A stretch of DNA of 64,000 nucleotides from Paragordius varius (lineage: Eukaryota > Animalia > Nematomorpha): assembly GCA_964247055.1 (NCBI GenBank), contig OZ176054.1:9238001-9302000 (forward strand). The letters are read 5' to 3'. This document shows positions 61,601-64,000 of the stretch, in pieces (positions within the stretch are counted from its first letter, which is position 1; every line of letters begins with the position of its first letter). Position numbers and translations under genes: made by a program. The notes below the pieces were generated by a model. It worked only from the letters and a program-made list of their open reading frames with translations, had not been told where the DNA came from and made no database searches.

Positions 61601-62936
61601 TCACATTTTGTCTTGTCTATACCAAGTTTTTTATTTTTATTAGGGACTAAATAAAAATTTTGGCCAAAAAAATTACAATTCTTCCAATATCTATCTGAAT
61701 TCGTTAAATTTATATGCAACAGTGTTTTCTAAAAAAGGTACATATTGAAAAACTCAGCAACACTAAGTAATTAAAAACTATTCTACAATTTATATTGTTA
61801 GAGTGATTAGTGTAAAGAGGTTACAACAGTTAGAGTGAACATAGTTATAAATGGGACATTTCAAATTATAATTTTAGACTAAAAAGTTTTCAAAATTATT
61901 GGATTTAATATAATAATCCACAGGATGCTAGTGCGCGATCTTTGCGGACATAAAAATAAACTATGTACTATATACCCCCGATTCAACCAATTTAACCAAG
62001 AAAAAACTTTTCGGGGTTTCTTTTTTATAACTTTTTCTAAAAAAAAATTCAGTTTCGATATTAGCGTTCATTTAACTTAGACCTTTAAAAATTTGCATGT
62101 AAGCATATCGCTAGGTTATTTGCTCTTTTATAACAAAATTGATGAGAAATTAAAAGATTAATCTCTAAAAATTGTTTTGCTAAAAATTACGTTTTTTTAT
62201 TAACAAAATTTTATTTGGTTCTAAAACTCTCTAAGAGGTTATGATTAGTTTGACCGATTTTAACTATACCATTACCTCATCATTTTTCCATATATTTAAA
62301 ATGTTGGGGCCCGAATCCAAATTATTTCATTGCATTTTATAATAAATTAATCATCATATATTTAACACAATTTCTCACGCACGATTTGTCCACAAAAGTT
62401 ATAAGTTGTTTGCGGGACTGATCCGTTTTTATTTTTAAATTTTTTAAAATATAATCCTACGAACAAGCATAATATCCTTTTTTTGATTTTTTTGTTTGTA
62501 TTGCTGATAATAAATTAATTGCTATTGTCTCTGTTTAAATTTAACAAAAAAATGTTGTGTTATCAGTTGGTAAAATTAAAATAATTAATTAATATTTTTA
62601 GCCATGAAAATACATGTGTCTGAAGCAACTAAAAATTTGTTATTACCTTACGAAGGCTACGTTTTCGAAGAAAACATACTAGAAAATGATTTGGCCTATG
62701 ATGAGGTAGTAAATATTCTTAACTATTATTCAAATATCTATATGGCCATTCGCTTAAAACTGTTAATTAATTGGCATGGATTTTCACAGAAAAATAAGTA
62801 TTATTGGGTTATAATAATTGAAATTATACTGATAAAACGTAAAAATTTAAAGACAAATATTTTTTCAAAAGACAACCAATCATATTTTGTCAAACTTTTA
62901 TATTTCCCATATAAATTATTTGATTACAATTGTTAA
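48709..62936 (+). CDS. Receptor-type (single-pass) guanylyl cyclase with degenerate catalytic motifs; 5' and 3' ends approximate
   Basis: Signal peptide and extracellular exons (48709-49644, about 51500-51676, 51943-52031, 52214-52273, 52570-52905). [21 protein letters not shown]; juxtamembrane WFINLDDII. Kinase-homology [67 protein letters not shown]. Hinge LYNILPR; cyclase NDIVKFT, DVYK|[19 protein letters not shown]|[21 protein letters not shown]. Confidence 0.92.
49669..51006. repeat. 1.3-kb foldback element (long inverted arms) in the first guanylyl cyclase intron
   Basis: Outer TIR CAGTAA..AATT(G)AAATTATACGG / CCGTATAATTTCAATTTTACTG. Inner arms at about 50170-50400 and 50460-50700 are near-identical reverse complements around a loop of about 60 nt. 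Confidence 0.88.
52949..53496. mobile_element. Full copy of the TTAA piggyBac-like MITE
   Basis: CACTTTGATTCAAATTGGGG ... CCCCAATTTGAATCGAAGGACTGAAATGAATGTGTTGTATCCAATTG|TTAA. Confidence 0.8.
55105..55335. repeat. Short palindromic MITE (hairpin) in a guanylyl cyclase intron
   Basis: GTTAAATGGGT..TTTGGTAAAGAATGGAAAAAAACAAGAGC is mirrored by GCTCTTGTTTTTTCCATTCTTTACCAAA..ACCCATTTAAC. Confidence 0.75.
58685..58885. repeat. Degenerate palindromic MITE
   Basis: ATTGCTAGAAAGTTATTAATTA..ATAGCATAT is mirrored by ATATGCTATTT..TAATTAATTACTTTCTAGCAAT. Confidence 0.5.
60235..60456. mobile_element. hAT-type MITE (CAGAGGCGTAGC family)
   Basis: CAGAGGCGTAGCT ... AGCTACGCCTTTG; TSD not conserved. Confidence 0.75.
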
Positions 62937-63273
62937 ATATTTTATTGATGGTGCAAATTATGAATTTAAAAGTGTGGTTGATTTTATCTTTTTCGTGGGT
63001 CATGAAAATACATGTATTCTTATAAACCTCTGTTGATGGCATGTTCCGAATTACTTTAATAAATAATACATATAAATTAGTTGATAGTGTCTCGTTCTTA
63101 CCCTCTAATTTTGATCAATTTGCTTTAAATAAATAAAATTTAATAGCTTATCCATAATTTTTTTGCTTTTCAAGTCAAATAGTCGAATAAGCTAGGTGTA
63201 TAAACACGGAAAAATAAGATCATCATGAATAAGACAAGTCTGTTTTAACCGCAAATTAGAGTTTTTTTGATTC

Positions 63274-63535
63274 ACAGTAAAAATTGAAATTATACGGACA
63301 AAATGTAAAAATATAAAGACAACTATTTTTTTCTAAAAGACAACCATACTTTAATTTAATTCATTGTTTTTTACTTCCAAAGTATAAAATAGAGGATACA
63401 TTACTAAATATTTTACAATTGAAACTAAATAGCTTATATGAGAAAAAATAAAGTTCAAAAAAGTATAGTTTTTTACAAAAAAATATTTGTCTTATTTTAC
63501 GTTTTGTCCGTATAATATTATATCAATTATACTGT
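63274..63535. mobile_element. TA-target MITE (CAGTAAAAATTGAAATTATACGGAC family)
   Basis: Both TIRs present. Partial relatives at about 18570-18720, 40770-40921, 58005-58060 and 62810-62900, and as the outer ends of the 49669-51006 foldback. Confidence 0.8.
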
Positions 63536-63695
63536 AACTATCCACAAAAACACTATATAGCCTTTTCCACAATATATATATTACATAATATTTAGCTATA
63601 AAATAAAGCATTGCAATTTATTCATTTAATGCGTTACCACAAGTATATACATATATATTTTTAATTTTGGCTAACTAAACTCAAATATATATTAA

Positions 63696-63985
63696 TTAAT
63701 GGGGTAACAAGCGAGCAACAATATCCGATTCTGAATCATAATGATAAAGATATTGATGCAGATGATAAGTTAATGAAATGGGTGTCTTCAAAAATAAATA
63801 TGCTATATAAAATTTTTCCCATGCATCAGAAAAATAATTTCGGAAAACATACATGTAAAATTCCAATAAATCCTCGTAAAATGTGATGATAAAAAAGCAA
63901 GTCCCAATCAGCAATGTTAAATATATAAACTTTGTTGCCCAATCAAAAAAGACATGTTTCATATTGGCAGACAAATTGTAAGTCT
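63696..63985 (-). CDS. Probable terminal exon of an unidentified membrane protein extending beyond the window
   Basis: 92+ aa open frame with a hydrophobic stretch (FIYLTLLIGTCFFIITFY) and an AG acceptor just upstream; family not recognised. Confidence 0.45.
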
Positions 63986-64000
63986 TATCAAGTAGTGCTG

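Overview
AT-rich eukaryotic (animal) genomic DNA; the species cannot be determined from the sequence. I assembled seven genes by hand-splicing. They are RPL17 (-), CXXC1/CFP1 (+), a short kettin/titin-like two-Ig-domain gene (-), a SPO16/C1orf146-like meiotic gene (+), DDX10 (-), an intronless XK-related scramblase (+) head-to-head with DDX10, and a receptor guanylyl cyclase (+) with a degenerate catalytic site. Partial unidentified exons lie at both window edges. Introns and intergenic DNA hold many non-autonomous transposons: two inverted Helitrons, hAT-type MITEs with 8-bp TSDs, TTAA- and TA-flanked MITEs, a 1.3-kb foldback and decayed RTE-LINE pieces. The most striking signal is a class of ultra-short GT-AG introns (22-29 nt; 12 required to restore conserved reading frames, plus 3 putative 22-30-nt UTR introns). 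They cluster at the 5' ends of genes whose downstream introns are 0.2-1.8 kb. All coordinates and alignments were made by eye and from memory of protein families; no database search was run.
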